Positions 20,379-30,451 of a stretch of DNA of 64,000 nt are shown in pieces. Location of the stretch: positions 160,001-224,000 of the forward strand of contig CAWFQL010000012.1 of assembly GCA_963817915.1 (NCBI GenBank), given 5' to 3'. This DNA comes from an uncultured candidate division Zixibacteria bacterium (GTDB lineage Bacteria > Zixibacteria > MSB-5A5 > UBA10806). The notes under the pieces were generated by a model. It did no database searches. It had not been told where the DNA came from and saw only the letters and a program-made list of their open reading frames with translations. Position numbers and translations under genes: made by a program. Within the stretch, counting starts at the first letter, position 1. Each line of letters starts with the position of its first letter.

Positions 20379-21110
20379 ATGGGTTTCTGGGATACATTCG
20401 GAATTTGGGCTGCCGCCATTTTGACATTGGGGATAATATCATTCCTTTATAAAGACAATCCGTTTTATAAATTATGCGAGGCTATTTTCGTTGGTATATC
20501 CGCCGGATATTATTTTGTTTCTCTGTATTACCAAAACCTGCTCCCCAAGCTTTTCGATAATCTCGGCGTGACCAAATTATTCGGCTTCTCCAATGACAAC
20601 GGCGCGCTGCAAAATGTTTTCGCTGGTCAATGGGATTCAAGAATCTGGTATATTTTCGCGGGCGTATTGGGTGTGATGATGCTATTGCGTCTCGTCCCCA
20701 AAATTGGATGGATTTCTCGTTGGCCGCTGGCATTGATTGTCGGATCGACCGCGGGCCTTTATATGGTCACTTATTTCCAGTCCAACTTCTTAAGCCAGTT
20801 GCAGGTGACTGTAGTCCCGCTGATTAATTTTGGAAAAATCCACGCCCTTAATGGAGCATCAAATGCTGAAGACTTCTTCGGTGCATATCTTGGAAATATC
20901 GTCTTAGTAATAGGCACATTGACAGGTCTTGTTTATTTCTATTTCTCCAAAGAGCATAAGGGAGCGATGGGTGGCGCGGCCAAGATTGGAATTTATTTTT
21001 TGATGATCACCTTCGGAGCTTCCTTCGGCTATACGGTCATGTCGCGTATGTCATTGCTCATCGGCAGATTATATTTTCTATTCGGCGACTGGATGGGCAT
21101 AGTCAAATAG
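20379..21110 (+). CDS. Subunit D1: uncharacterised polytopic membrane protein
   Basis: SFLYKDNPFY, ISRWP and FGASFGYTVMSRMSLLIGR are shared with 23960..24706. Confidence 0.85.
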   Translation: MGFWDTFGIWAAAILTLGIISFLYKDNPFYKLCEAIFVGISAGYYFVSLYYQNLLPKLFDNLGVTKLFGFSNDNGALQNVFAGQWDSRIWYIFAGVLGVMMLLRLVPKIGWISRWPLALIVGSTAGLYMVTYFQSNFLSQLQVTVVPLINFGKIHALNGASNAEDFFGAYLGNIVLVIGTLTGLVYFYFSKEHKGAMGGAAKIGIYFLMITFGASFGYTVMSRMSLLIGRLYFLFGDWMGIVK

Positions 21111-21179
21111 CAGTTTCCCGATTGAAATTGTGGTTTTTTATACCAATAGGAAGTTTTACAGCCGTATTACATTGAATTC

Positions 21180-22439
21180 ATGATGAAATTAATATTACGA
21201 AATGGAATTTTAGCATTAGCGATCCTTCAAATCGCGGCTGTTTCCGGAATCGCTCAGGCACAGTCACCTGAAGAACACGCACCCATATTGAAATCAGCGG
21301 TTGCCGATACCGGATTCGTATTTCATTATAGCATGCTGTCTCCTCCGCCCGGCCCGGTCACAAATATTATTGCGGAAGATTTGCCCAATGATCCCGGCAA
21401 AGCCGTGGAATTATCGTGGTCGGTAGCTCCTGGCGATGACAAGATTTATCAGGCCGTTACCGATTATGGCATTTATCGTTCCCAAAGCCCCGATAGCGGG
21501 TTTGCGCTTATATCGCGGATTCCATCGGGATCGAATGGCTTCTCCGATTCCGATACTTCGCTGGTCAACGGACAAAAATATTATTACAAAGTTGCGGCGA
21601 TATATAAATCAGATACATTAATGTCGGCAGTCGCCGGTCCCGCGATTCCCGAGCCGCAATGGTTCCATAAAAAGAGAACTGCCGTTTTTATCATGACAAT
21701 TATCTTCTGCGGTTCGGCCTTATTCCTTATCTCGCGGGCTCAAAAAGGCCGCAAAACGTATGTTCGTCCGATTGCAGGAATCAATGCGGTAGATGAGGCT
21801 ATCGGTCGTGCCACCGAGATGGGCCGTCCAATCTTGTTCGTGCCCGGTTTGGGAGCGGCTTCCGATGTCGCCACTATTGCCGCCTTCACGATTCTGGCAA
21901 GGGTCTCAAAAAAAATTGCTGAATACCAGACAAGAATAATTGTACCTAATTACGATCCGGTTGTCATGGCTATCTGCCAGGAAGTAGTCAAAGAATCTTG
22001 TTCCGCCGCCGGTAGGCCGGAATCCTATGATCAGAAAGATGTCTATTTCCTGACTCAGGATCAATTCCCCTATACAGCCGCAGTCAACGGTACCATGCTT
22101 CGTGAAAAGCCCGCCGCCAATTTCTACCTGGGTAAATTTTACGCTGAATCGTTAATACTCGCCGAGACCGGATTCGTATCAGGTTCAATTCAAATTGCCG
22201 GAACCGATGAGCTTGTGCAGATACCATTCTTCATAGCCTCATGCGATTTCACCCTGATGGGCGAGGAGCTCTATGCCGCCTCCGCTTATCTTTCACAGGA
22301 ACCCCAGCAATTGGGCACATTGAAGGCTCAGGACTGGGGCAAAGTTATCGCCATAAGTTTGATGATCGCCGGATTGATAGTATATTATTTTTCTACCACT
22401 GCGGGTGATGCCTTTTCATTATGGATTCAGGGAGGATGA
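21180..22439 (+). CDS. Subunit A2: signal peptide, one FN3 domain, TM and DUF6754-like domain
   Basis: Intact paralog of A1; RPIAGINAVDEAIGRATEMGRP and QIPFFIASCDFTLMGEELYAASAYLS. Confidence 0.85.
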   Translation: MMKLILRNGILALAILQIAAVSGIAQAQSPEEHAPILKSAVADTGFVFHYSMLSPPPGPVTNIIAEDLPNDPGKAVELSWSVAPGDDKIYQAVTDYGIYRSQSPDSGFALISRIPSGSNGFSDSDTSLVNGQKYYYKVAAIYKSDTLMSAVAGPAIPEPQWFHKKRTAVFIMTIIFCGSALFLISRAQKGRKTYVRPIAGINAVDEAIGRATEMGRPILFVPGLGAASDVATIAAFTILARVSKKIAEYQTRIIVPNYDPVVMAICQEVVKESCSAAGRPESYDQKDVYFLTQDQFPYTAAVNGTMLREKPAANFYLGKFYAESLILAETGFVSGSIQIAGTDELVQIPFFIASCDFTLMGEELYAASAYLSQEPQQLGTLKAQDWGKVIAISLMIAGLIVYYFSTTAGDAFSLWIQGG

Positions 22440-22473
22440 TTTAGCCCTTAGCCGGCTTAATCTGTAGAGAGAA

Positions 22474-23124
22474 TTGAAAAGAGAAATTCCAATAGCGATT
22501 ATTTTTGCCTGCGGCGTCTTCATGGTGATCCAATACTTTGTGCCTCACTATGTATCCGCGACAATTTATCAAAATGCGCTTAATTGGACAATTATTGTCG
22601 GCATATTTACTCTTGTTATCGGTACTGGCTCGCTGATCGGGCTTCATTATGATAAAATCGCCAGGCGAAAAGAAAAATGGCCCTATTCGATTGTTACTCT
22701 CGTAGCTCTGGCTGTCATGACAATTATCGGTCTATCATCCCCCAATGCGATACAAAACCCACAAGGCCTTTTCATGAAGATCTATTTCTACGTCTTGTCG
22801 CCGGTCCTTGCCACCATGTTTGCATTGCTGGCATTCTTCATTGCCTCGGCTTCTTATAGGGCATTCAGGGCCAGGAATCTGCTGGCCACCTTGCTTCTGT
22901 GCTCGGCTGTAATTGTAATGCTTGGCCGCATCTCTGTAGGCGATATGATTACTGGATGGCTGCCGCCGGGAGTCCGGCTTTCTGATGTTGCCACCTATAT
23001 ACTTGAATTTCCAAATACTGCGGCCAAAAGAGCCATATATATAGGAGTCGGCCTGGGAATCGCCGCCACTTCGCTAAAAATTATACTCGGTATCGAACGT
23101 ACCTGGCTGGGAGGAAGCAAATAA
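22474..23124 (+). CDS. Subunit B2: uncharacterised polytopic membrane protein
   Basis: Paralog of B1, also with a TTG start. Confidence 0.85.
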   Translation: MKREIPIAIIFACGVFMVIQYFVPHYVSATIYQNALNWTIIVGIFTLVIGTGSLIGLHYDKIARRKEKWPYSIVTLVALAVMTIIGLSSPNAIQNPQGLFMKIYFYVLSPVLATMFALLAFFIASASYRAFRARNLLATLLLCSAVIVMLGRISVGDMITGWLPPGVRLSDVATYILEFPNTAAKRAIYIGVGLGIAATSLKIILGIERTWLGGSK

Positions 23125-23957
23125 TGGCAAGTAGCTTCTGGCAAAAGGTTATGGATGTCGACCGTCGATGGATTTATCTGATAATCGGCATTGTCACATT
23201 TCTTCCAATGCTTACCGCTATCAGATTGCCGGTCAAGATTACTCCCGAAGTAGAATCAGTCTATGATCGTCTCGAATCGCTTCCGCCCAATACAGTAGTC
23301 ATGATCGCCATGGAATACGATCCCGCAACCGCCGCTGAGCTTCAGCCGATGGCCCGTGCAATCTTACGCCATTGCTTCTCGAAAAATCTACGGGTAATCT
23401 CAACTGCGCTCATGATCGACGGCGTCATTATGATAGAGCAGGATCTAAAATTGATATCAGCCGAGTATGGCAAAAAATATGGCGTCGATTATGTCTTCTT
23501 TGGCTATAAGCCCTATATGCAAATGGTAGTTTTAAATATGGGCGAGAATTTCCGCAAGCCATTCCCGAAAGACTTCTACAATAACAGCCTCGACGATCTC
23601 CCTATGATGAAAGGCTTGAATAACTATTCCAATATCGATTGCATCGTTAACGTTAACGCCACTTCCGGCGCCGATTATTGGATCAACTATGCGAGCGGAC
23701 GATATGGCGTGCCTCTCGCGCTGGGAGTCACCGCTGTCATGGCTACGGATTATTATACCTTCTTGCAATCCAAACAACTTTTTGGCTTGATGGGTGGACT
23801 CAAAGGCGCTGCCGAATACGAAATTCTAACCGGACGGCCAAAGGACGTGGCCAATCGTTCGATGACATCTGTATCGGTGGCTCATGTATTCATCGTCTTG
23901 TTTATTATTATCGGTAATATAGCCTTCTTTGCGGCGGGCGGAAGGAAGAAGGTTTAG
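23124..23957 (+). CDS. Subunit C2: uncharacterised membrane-anchored protein
   Basis: Paralog of C1; TAATG overlap with B2. Confidence 0.85.
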   Translation: MASSFWQKVMDVDRRWIYLIIGIVTFLPMLTAIRLPVKITPEVESVYDRLESLPPNTVVMIAMEYDPATAAELQPMARAILRHCFSKNLRVISTALMIDGVIMIEQDLKLISAEYGKKYGVDYVFFGYKPYMQMVVLNMGENFRKPFPKDFYNNSLDDLPMMKGLNNYSNIDCIVNVNATSGADYWINYASGRYGVPLALGVTAVMATDYYTFLQSKQLFGLMGGLKGAAEYEILTGRPKDVANRSMTSVSVAHVFIVLFIIIGNIAFFAAGGRKKV

Positions 23958-23959
23958 AT

Positions 23960-24706
23960 ATGGAGCAATTATCTATCGGCACATTGCTCTGGATGACCTT
24001 CGCGGCATTTCTCACCCTTTCGATTTTTTCGTTCCTCTGGCGCGATAACCCGTTTTACAGATTTGCCGAGCATCTGATCGTTGGTGTCTCCGCCGGATAC
24101 TGGATCGCGATTTTATACCATACATCATTGAAGGATCTCTGGCTCGATCCCTTGAGCGCGTCCATTCAAGCCTTCGGACAACCCGGGGGAGTGTTCATTG
24201 CGAAAATTGGAATTTTAGTAGCAAATCTCACCCCCGGAATTTTGGGCATAATGATGTTCAGCCGCTTTTTTGAAAAGATATCCTGGATTTCAAGATGGCC
24301 AATCGCGTTTTACCTGGGAATATCAACCGGTGTCGCCTTGCCGTTATTCCTTCAAAGTTTCGTGGCCCGTCAAATATCAGCGAATATGATCGATCCTCGC
24401 GCAATAACCAATACAATGACATCAGACCTGACCATCCTATTCACCACCGGAAATAGCACACTTTTATTCTGGCAGGGATTTGGACAGCTTTATATTGTTG
24501 TTGGATGTATCTGCGGCCTGGCATACTTCTATTTTTCCGCCGAGCACAAAGGTCTCATGGGCGGAGCCGCCAAGATCGGTATCTGGACTTTGATGATCGG
24601 CTTCGGCGCGACTTTTGGCTACACTGTGATGTCGAGGATATCTCTCCTTATCGGCCGATTTAATTTTCTGATCAATTGGGTTAATGCCCTCCGAAATCAT
24701 TTCTGA
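23960..24706 (+). CDS. Subunit D2: uncharacterised polytopic membrane protein
   Basis: Paralog of D1. Confidence 0.85.
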   Translation: MEQLSIGTLLWMTFAAFLTLSIFSFLWRDNPFYRFAEHLIVGVSAGYWIAILYHTSLKDLWLDPLSASIQAFGQPGGVFIAKIGILVANLTPGILGIMMFSRFFEKISWISRWPIAFYLGISTGVALPLFLQSFVARQISANMIDPRAITNTMTSDLTILFTTGNSTLLFWQGFGQLYIVVGCICGLAYFYFSAEHKGLMGGAAKIGIWTLMIGFGATFGYTVMSRISLLIGRFNFLINWVNALRNHF

Positions 24707-24752
24707 TAATCCGCGGGAACGATTGTTGTTCCGGAAATGTTAATTTACGGCT

Positions 24753-26567
24753 ATGAAAGCCGGTTTACTTATCATAATAATGATTCTATGCATTCTCCTG
24801 GGAATGCATAATATTGTTTTGGCCTCGGGCGCAATCTGCCTTTATGACAGCACGAACATCTATATCAACAATGATTTGAATTCCACCATTAATGTCTTCA
24901 GAACGTTTCAGATCACGAACGAATCCGGACAGAAATACGCCGACATTTCAATCCCCATAAATGATTATATCAGAGTAGGCAAGATCAAAGGGTATGCTCT
25001 GCAGAAAAATGGAGATAAGATTAATCTTACAAAAAAAGATATACAATCCCAATCTACTGCCGGAACCCAGGGAGCAGGCATAAGCAAGACCGTTACATTT
25101 TCGATAAGATCCGCCAATATCGGCGCGATTATTCATTACGAATATGAACTTAAAATTAAAAGTCTTCTGTATTTACCTCGGATAACGAGAGGATCTGCGT
25201 ATCCGACCGATAGATTTGTTGTTCGAATTGAAAATGACAAGAAAACCAATATAAAATACGATTACGCCGGGTTGACTCTTCTAAGGGAAGATCATGCAAT
25301 AAGCTTATTCGCCGAGAATCTTTCTGAACGAGCCGATGAACCATATTCCTGTCCCGACAACGTTTTCCTCCTAATTAGCTCGGATGCGTTCACCTATAAC
25401 GGCATGAAATATCCTTCTCGTTCGTGGCCGGAAGCAGGTAGATTTTTCGCGCAGCTGGCCCTGCAAGCCGAAAAACCGTTCGATGAAATAAAATCACTGG
25501 CCGATAGATTGGTTGCCAATTCCGAAAATCGCATGGATTCACTAAATGCGATTTTCAGCTTCATGTCGGATTCAATCACCTATGTGGCCCTGCAAATTGG
25601 CCGAGGCGATTTTCATCCTCAGCCCTGCGCGTCGGTCATAAATAAGCGGCTGGGGGATTGCAAAGATCAATCGACGTTATTGAGTGCGCTTTATCGCGCC
25701 GTCGGCGTCGATGCTTATCCCGCGCTTGTTTCAACGGACGATTTTCCCCAAGTCGGCAATCTAAATCCATGGCCCGGCTGGTTCAATCACGCCATAACAG
25801 CAATCAAAACAGACGATGGCGACCTGCTACTCGATCCCGGCGACCCTCGAATGGCCCTGTCAACAATTTCCCCGGCGCTTCGAAATAAATATTACCTCGT
25901 TTGCGATGGTATTTCGCAATTAAAAAAGGCTTCGGCCGGACCAATACCTGAATTCGGTATTGAATGGCAATTCAATATCTCGTTTGATTCATCCGACAGC
26001 ATTATGGCCAATTTCACAATTCGCTACACCAATGACGCCGAATTCTACTATAATAAAATCATTAGAGGAAATAGTGACGAGAAGATAAAACAAATGGTAG
26101 AATCATCATTGAAGAATGCCGGGTGGGAAGTGCTCGATTTAAAGTTGGAGCCGATAAAATATTTCCAGGATGAGCTTGGCATCACCGGTGCATTTATAAC
26201 GTTCAATAATCCCGAAAAGGCTGCGTCTAATTTTAATCTGGCCTCGCCGCTCGTGAATTATCTGCTCGCCGACATTTTTTCAAGCGCAAGAAAAAATGAC
26301 TACTGCAGGCCCGGCACAATTCGATTTCTGGAAATAATTAATGTTGAACTCTCCTCCGATGAAGTCACTGCCAATCCGTCTTACAATGATTCCTGGGAAA
26401 AGGATGAATTCCAATTTGCCGATGAAATGATCGAAAGCCAAAATCTGGATATTTATCAAAGGGAGTTTAATTTTAATGGCGGAATTATTACGCTTGATGA
26501 TTATAATTCATTTCGCGATGTCCTGATTGCCAAAAAAAACCAGAGATATGTCATTCTTAAAAAATAA
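24753..26567 (+). CDS. DUF3857 + transglutaminase-like domain secreted protein
   Basis: Signal peptide and Cys-His-Asp triad motifs GDCKDQSTLL, FNHAI and LLDP. Confidence 0.8.
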   Translation: MKAGLLIIIMILCILLGMHNIVLASGAICLYDSTNIYINNDLNSTINVFRTFQITNESGQKYADISIPINDYIRVGKIKGYALQKNGDKINLTKKDIQSQSTAGTQGAGISKTVTFSIRSANIGAIIHYEYELKIKSLLYLPRITRGSAYPTDRFVVRIENDKKTNIKYDYAGLTLLREDHAISLFAENLSERADEPYSCPDNVFLLISSDAFTYNGMKYPSRSWPEAGRFFAQLALQAEKPFDEIKSLADRLVANSENRMDSLNAIFSFMSDSITYVALQIGRGDFHPQPCASVINKRLGDCKDQSTLLSALYRAVGVDAYPALVSTDDFPQVGNLNPWPGWFNHAITAIKTDDGDLLLDPGDPRMALSTISPALRNKYYLVCDGISQLKKASAGPIPEFGIEWQFNISFDSSDSIMANFTIRYTNDAEFYYNKIIRGNSDEKIKQMVESSLKNAGWEVLDLKLEPIKYFQDELGITGAFITFNNPEKAASNFNLASPLVNYLLADIFSSARKNDYCRPGTIRFLEIINVELSSDEVTANPSYNDSWEKDEFQFADEMIESQNLDIYQREFNFNGGIITLDDYNSFRDVLIAKKNQRYVILKK

Positions 26568-28464
26568 TTTATCAGGCAAATTCCTGGTCGGCATATTCCT
26601 GGCCGCGGCTGTTTTCTCCATTTGGAATATTAGCGCTTTTCCCCAGGATGATTTCGAAGGACTCGAAGGCAAATACATAGCAATATATGATTCTACTTAT
26701 ATTTGGCCGGATGGAAGCGGCGGGTATGATTATTACAGATATTTCTTTTCCGAGGTGGAGCTGGCGGAAAAAGGGAGAAATATCTTATCTACTCCCGCCA
26801 CTCCAATTCTGGACAAAGACGATATAATTGATCTGTTTGCGTTCACCAAATCGCCAACTGGGGAATTGCTTGTTGCGGATTCCGCGGATATTGCCAGAAT
26901 CGATATGCCCAATGGGCAAAAACGATTTTTCGTAAATTTTCGTCGACCCGAGCCTGGTGCGAAACTATATCTCGAATGGACTCTTAAATCAAATCAAGCC
27001 AATATCGCGGGTCAGCGTTTTATCGGAAGAACAGTGCCCGTCGATTCCGCAACTATAGTGATTACATTTCCGGATAATTGGGTATTCAATTTTCGGGTAG
27101 CGCCTGAAATTAATTTGCCTTCTAATAAGGTCTATACCGGAGTCTCAAAGTCGACATCTCTCGTCAGCCATATATGGAGCGTTCGGAATCTTGGCTCACT
27201 GATAAAGGAAGAATTCGCGCCCCCGGTCGAACGATTGATTCCATCGATCTATTTCTCATTCAAATATGACAAGCTATGGTCGGAAGATAATATTCGAGAA
27301 ATGAATTGGAATGTTATCGCTCGTTTTTATGGCGGGGAATTCAATGATTTTATAAAAGATCATTCTATTCTCGACAATGTCGCCGACTCCATAAAATCAA
27401 TCGATACCAGCGCGATGCAAATGGCAAAATCGGGTTTTAAATGGTTAACGGAGCATTTTCGAACCATAAATCCAGAATTAAAATTCTCAAAGGATCTCGA
27501 TGAAACCCTGGAAAAGGGAAGAGCAACTCAGGCTGAAGCGGCGTCGATCCTTTTCGGGCTATTTTCAAAACTTGGTATTAATTGCAAACCATTTCTTGCT
27601 TCCTCTCGAAAAGTCGGGAATCCATTGATCGATGTTCCCGCGTTATTCTGGTTTGATCGGATTTTAATCGCATCGTATATCAATGGCGATACAATTTGGA
27701 CGGATCCCTTTTATCTCAATTTCAATTTTACTCTCATGCCATTTGAAGACCAGGGCGTTTACGCGATGGATATAGGGAAGGATGGTGGAAATTTCATTAT
27801 TACCGCCACTCCCGATTATCGTGATAATGGCATGGCTGTCCATATGAAACTCGATATCGACTCGCTCGGCGCGATAGAAGGGGCGGCCACCGAAGTGTAT
27901 TCAGGTGCCATGATAGCGGAGATTTCTTCTTATATGGCCTCGCTCGATCCCGCAGTATTAAAGACCACATGGGAAAAGAGCCTGGCAAAATCATTTCCCG
28001 GAGTCAAAATAGGCAATTTCATAACTTTGGCATCGGATTCTATCGGCCAGACCTACAGAATAGGATATTCATTTACCACTTCGCCTCTCGTTCGGCCTTA
28101 TGCAAATCGCGCCTATTTCCCGATTGATATTTTAGGGCGATGGAAGAGTTTGCCAATTCTGCCATCATTGGATCGAATTTTCCCGATTGAAATCAATCGG
28201 CCGCGATTTGAGCTTGAACGAATAACTCTCAATATCGCTCCCTCCTTCGAAATTGAGTACCTGCCCGAAAACTATTCTATGGATAATTATTTGGGGGAAT
28301 TATATTCGGTGGTGCGCCAGGATTCGCGCTCGGTAACAATTACTAAGGGGCTCGGCCTAAAAAAATCGGAATTGCCGCCTTCAGCTTACACGACCCTACA
28401 GAAATTTTTCAACAAGGCTCGCGCCGAGGCAGATAAACAGATAATACTTAAAAAGGTCGATTGA
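26527..28464 (+). CDS. DUF3857/transglutaminase-like paralog lacking the catalytic Cys and His
   Basis: Similar architecture, but GRATQAEAASIL and FDRIL occupy the positions of GDCKD and FNH. Start position uncertain. Confidence 0.7.
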   Translation: MPKKTRDMSFLKNNLSGKFLVGIFLAAAVFSIWNISAFPQDDFEGLEGKYIAIYDSTYIWPDGSGGYDYYRYFFSEVELAEKGRNILSTPATPILDKDDIIDLFAFTKSPTGELLVADSADIARIDMPNGQKRFFVNFRRPEPGAKLYLEWTLKSNQANIAGQRFIGRTVPVDSATIVITFPDNWVFNFRVAPEINLPSNKVYTGVSKSTSLVSHIWSVRNLGSLIKEEFAPPVERLIPSIYFSFKYDKLWSEDNIREMNWNVIARFYGGEFNDFIKDHSILDNVADSIKSIDTSAMQMAKSGFKWLTEHFRTINPELKFSKDLDETLEKGRATQAEAASILFGLFSKLGINCKPFLASSRKVGNPLIDVPALFWFDRILIASYINGDTIWTDPFYLNFNFTLMPFEDQGVYAMDIGKDGGNFIITATPDYRDNGMAVHMKLDIDSLGAIEGAATEVYSGAMIAEISSYMASLDPAVLKTTWEKSLAKSFPGVKIGNFITLASDSIGQTYRIGYSFTTSPLVRPYANRAYFPIDILGRWKSLPILPSLDRIFPIEINRPRFELERITLNIAPSFEIEYLPENYSMDNYLGELYSVVRQDSRSVTITKGLGLKKSELPPSAYTTLQKFFNKARAEADKQIILKKVD

Positions 28465-28466
28465 TT

Positions 28467-29291
28467 ATGCCCGAATTGCCCGAGGTAGAAACCATCGTCA
28501 ATGATTTACGGCCCGAAATCGTGGGGAAGAAAATTGTTGAGATCAATTGCATCACACCGTCGACATGGCGTAATAAAATCCCAGAAAATGATTTGATGAT
28601 CGGCTCGAAAATCGATTCTATCGGACGAAGGGGCAAAAATATACTAATTTATCTATCCAATAATTTAGTTTTAATTGTCCACCTCAAAATGACCGGCCGA
28701 CTCATATACGAACCTGAATTAGCCCCGCTGACAAAACACACTCATTTTATCGCGAAATTAGATCAAGGCTTTCTCCGCTTTAATGATGTTCGCAAATTCG
28801 GCTATATCGATCTTGTCGATGCGGATAAATTGGAATCGATAGAATATCTTAATAAGCTCGGACCAGATGCTCTAATTATCTCAAAATCGGATTTCATAAA
28901 GATAATTAAAAGTAAAAATCGAATTGTCAAATCGTTGCTGTTAGACCAGACAGTTATCGCTGGAATAGGCAATATCTATTCCGATGAAGCGCTTTTTATG
29001 GCGGGCATTAATCCTCGTGCCATCAGTTCAAAATTGAGCGCGGAAAAGGCCGGATTGCTTCATAATGCGATAATCTCAACCTTAAAAAAAGCCATCAAAT
29101 CAAGGGGATCATCTGTATCAGATTATGTCGACGGCTCAGGCAAGCCCGGTGGGTTCCAATATCATCTAAAAGTATATGGACGAGAAGGCGAACCCTGTCG
29201 CAAATGCGGCAAGCCCATAAAACGAGTCAAACTCGGCAGTCGTTCCAGCCATTATTGTTCTCATTGCCAGAAAATGAATAACCCCATTTAA
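28467..29291 (+). CDS. mutM: Formamidopyrimidine-DNA glycosylase
   Basis: N-terminal MPELPEVE, HLKMTG, GIGNIYSDE and C-terminal zinc finger. Confidence 0.96.
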   Translation: MPELPEVETIVNDLRPEIVGKKIVEINCITPSTWRNKIPENDLMIGSKIDSIGRRGKNILIYLSNNLVLIVHLKMTGRLIYEPELAPLTKHTHFIAKLDQGFLRFNDVRKFGYIDLVDADKLESIEYLNKLGPDALIISKSDFIKIIKSKNRIVKSLLLDQTVIAGIGNIYSDEALFMAGINPRAISSKLSAEKAGLLHNAIISTLKKAIKSRGSSVSDYVDGSGKPGGFQYHLKVYGREGEPCRKCGKPIKRVKLGSRSSHYCSHCQKMNNPI

Positions 29292-29323
29292 GTGCTGATT
29301 AGGTATAGGAAATTTACTCGAAT

Positions 29324-30451
29324 TTATATGGCTTTTTCGTAAATTCGATATCTTTTATATATTTTGGCGCCCATATCTGTCGCGGCTTTAGTCATGAGAG
29401 TATTCCGTTCCAGGATCCATGAGAGTTCGCCCCATGTATATCCGCATTCAAGCCCGTATTTGTATGTATCGACAAAAAATATCATATCGAGGCCGATCTT
29501 ATGGTATTTATGAACAATACCCATCGTGATCAATCTAACGCCCGATAATATTTTATTTATCTTTGTGTAATAGAGGAACTTCAACGCCCCTAATGGGAGC
29601 ATGCGGCCGTTCATTTTCTTGAATATCGGATTATAATCGGGCAGCGCTAATGAAAATCCCGCAGGCTCATCATCGACAAAAGCGAGCAAAGCCAACTTGG
29701 GCTCCAATATTTTCTTGAAATCATCGGCGGTTACCTGGAATTCCTCCGGCGTCATCGGTACGAATCCCCAATTTTTGCTCCATGCCGCGTTGTAGATTGT
29801 CCTGATTATCTCAAGCTCACGATCGAAATCGTTCATGTTAATTGAACGGGTTTTAATTCTCTGCCGAGTTCGTATTTTCTCAACTATTTTAAGTATCCTC
29901 TCCGAAGGCATATTATGCTGATCTATATAAAATGCCAACAGGTCCTCGGCTTTTTGAAGTCCCATTTTCTCGCAAAGCCCCTGATAATAAGGCGGATTGT
30001 AGGTCATCATGAATGTCGGGTATTTATCGAAACCATCGATTAAAAAACCTATCTCATCGTTGGTGGAAAAATTCATCGGCCCCCGAATGATATTCATACC
30101 CTCATTTTTTACGAATTTTTCCGCCTCCGCCATCAACGCATTAGCCACATCGAGATCATCGATACAATCCAAAAATCCGAAAAAGCCGGTCTTTTCCTCG
30201 TGAAAGCTATTGTGAAGATCATTGACAATTCCCGCTATTCTGCCGACTGCCTGGCCATCTTTATATGCCAGATAATACGTTGCTCGCGCATGCTGGAAAA
30301 ATGGGTTATGCTTTTTGTCGAAAAACTTTTTTCGTTCTGAAATCAATGGCGGGACATAATACTTTTCATTTTTGTAGAGCCTGAACGGAATCTTGATGAA
30401 TGTCATCAATTCATTGTTGTCTTTTACTTCGCGAATTTCCACAGCGGCCAT
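29324..30451 (-). CDS. GNAT-fold acyltransferase resembling bacterial ceramide synthase (bCerS)
   Basis: YVPPL, GRIAGIVN, GFFGFLDCIDD, RGPMNFSTNDEIGFLIDGF..P.FMMTYNPPYY, AWSKNWGFVP and ELSWILE. Abuts the spt-like gene. Confidence 0.7.
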   Translation of the reverse strand: MAAVEIREVKDNNELMTFIKIPFRLYKNEKYYVPPLISERKKFFDKKHNPFFQHARATYYLAYKDGQAVGRIAGIVNDLHNSFHEEKTGFFGFLDCIDDLDVANALMAEAEKFVKNEGMNIIRGPMNFSTNDEIGFLIDGFDKYPTFMMTYNPPYYQGLCEKMGLQKAEDLLAFYIDQHNMPSERILKIVEKIRTRQRIKTRSINMNDFDRELEIIRTIYNAAWSKNWGFVPMTPEEFQVTADDFKKILEPKLALLAFVDDEPAGFSLALPDYNPIFKKMNGRMLPLGALKFLYYTKINKILSGVRLITMGIVHKYHKIGLDMIFFVDTYKYGLECGYTWGELSWILERNTLMTKAATDMGAKIYKRYRIYEKAI

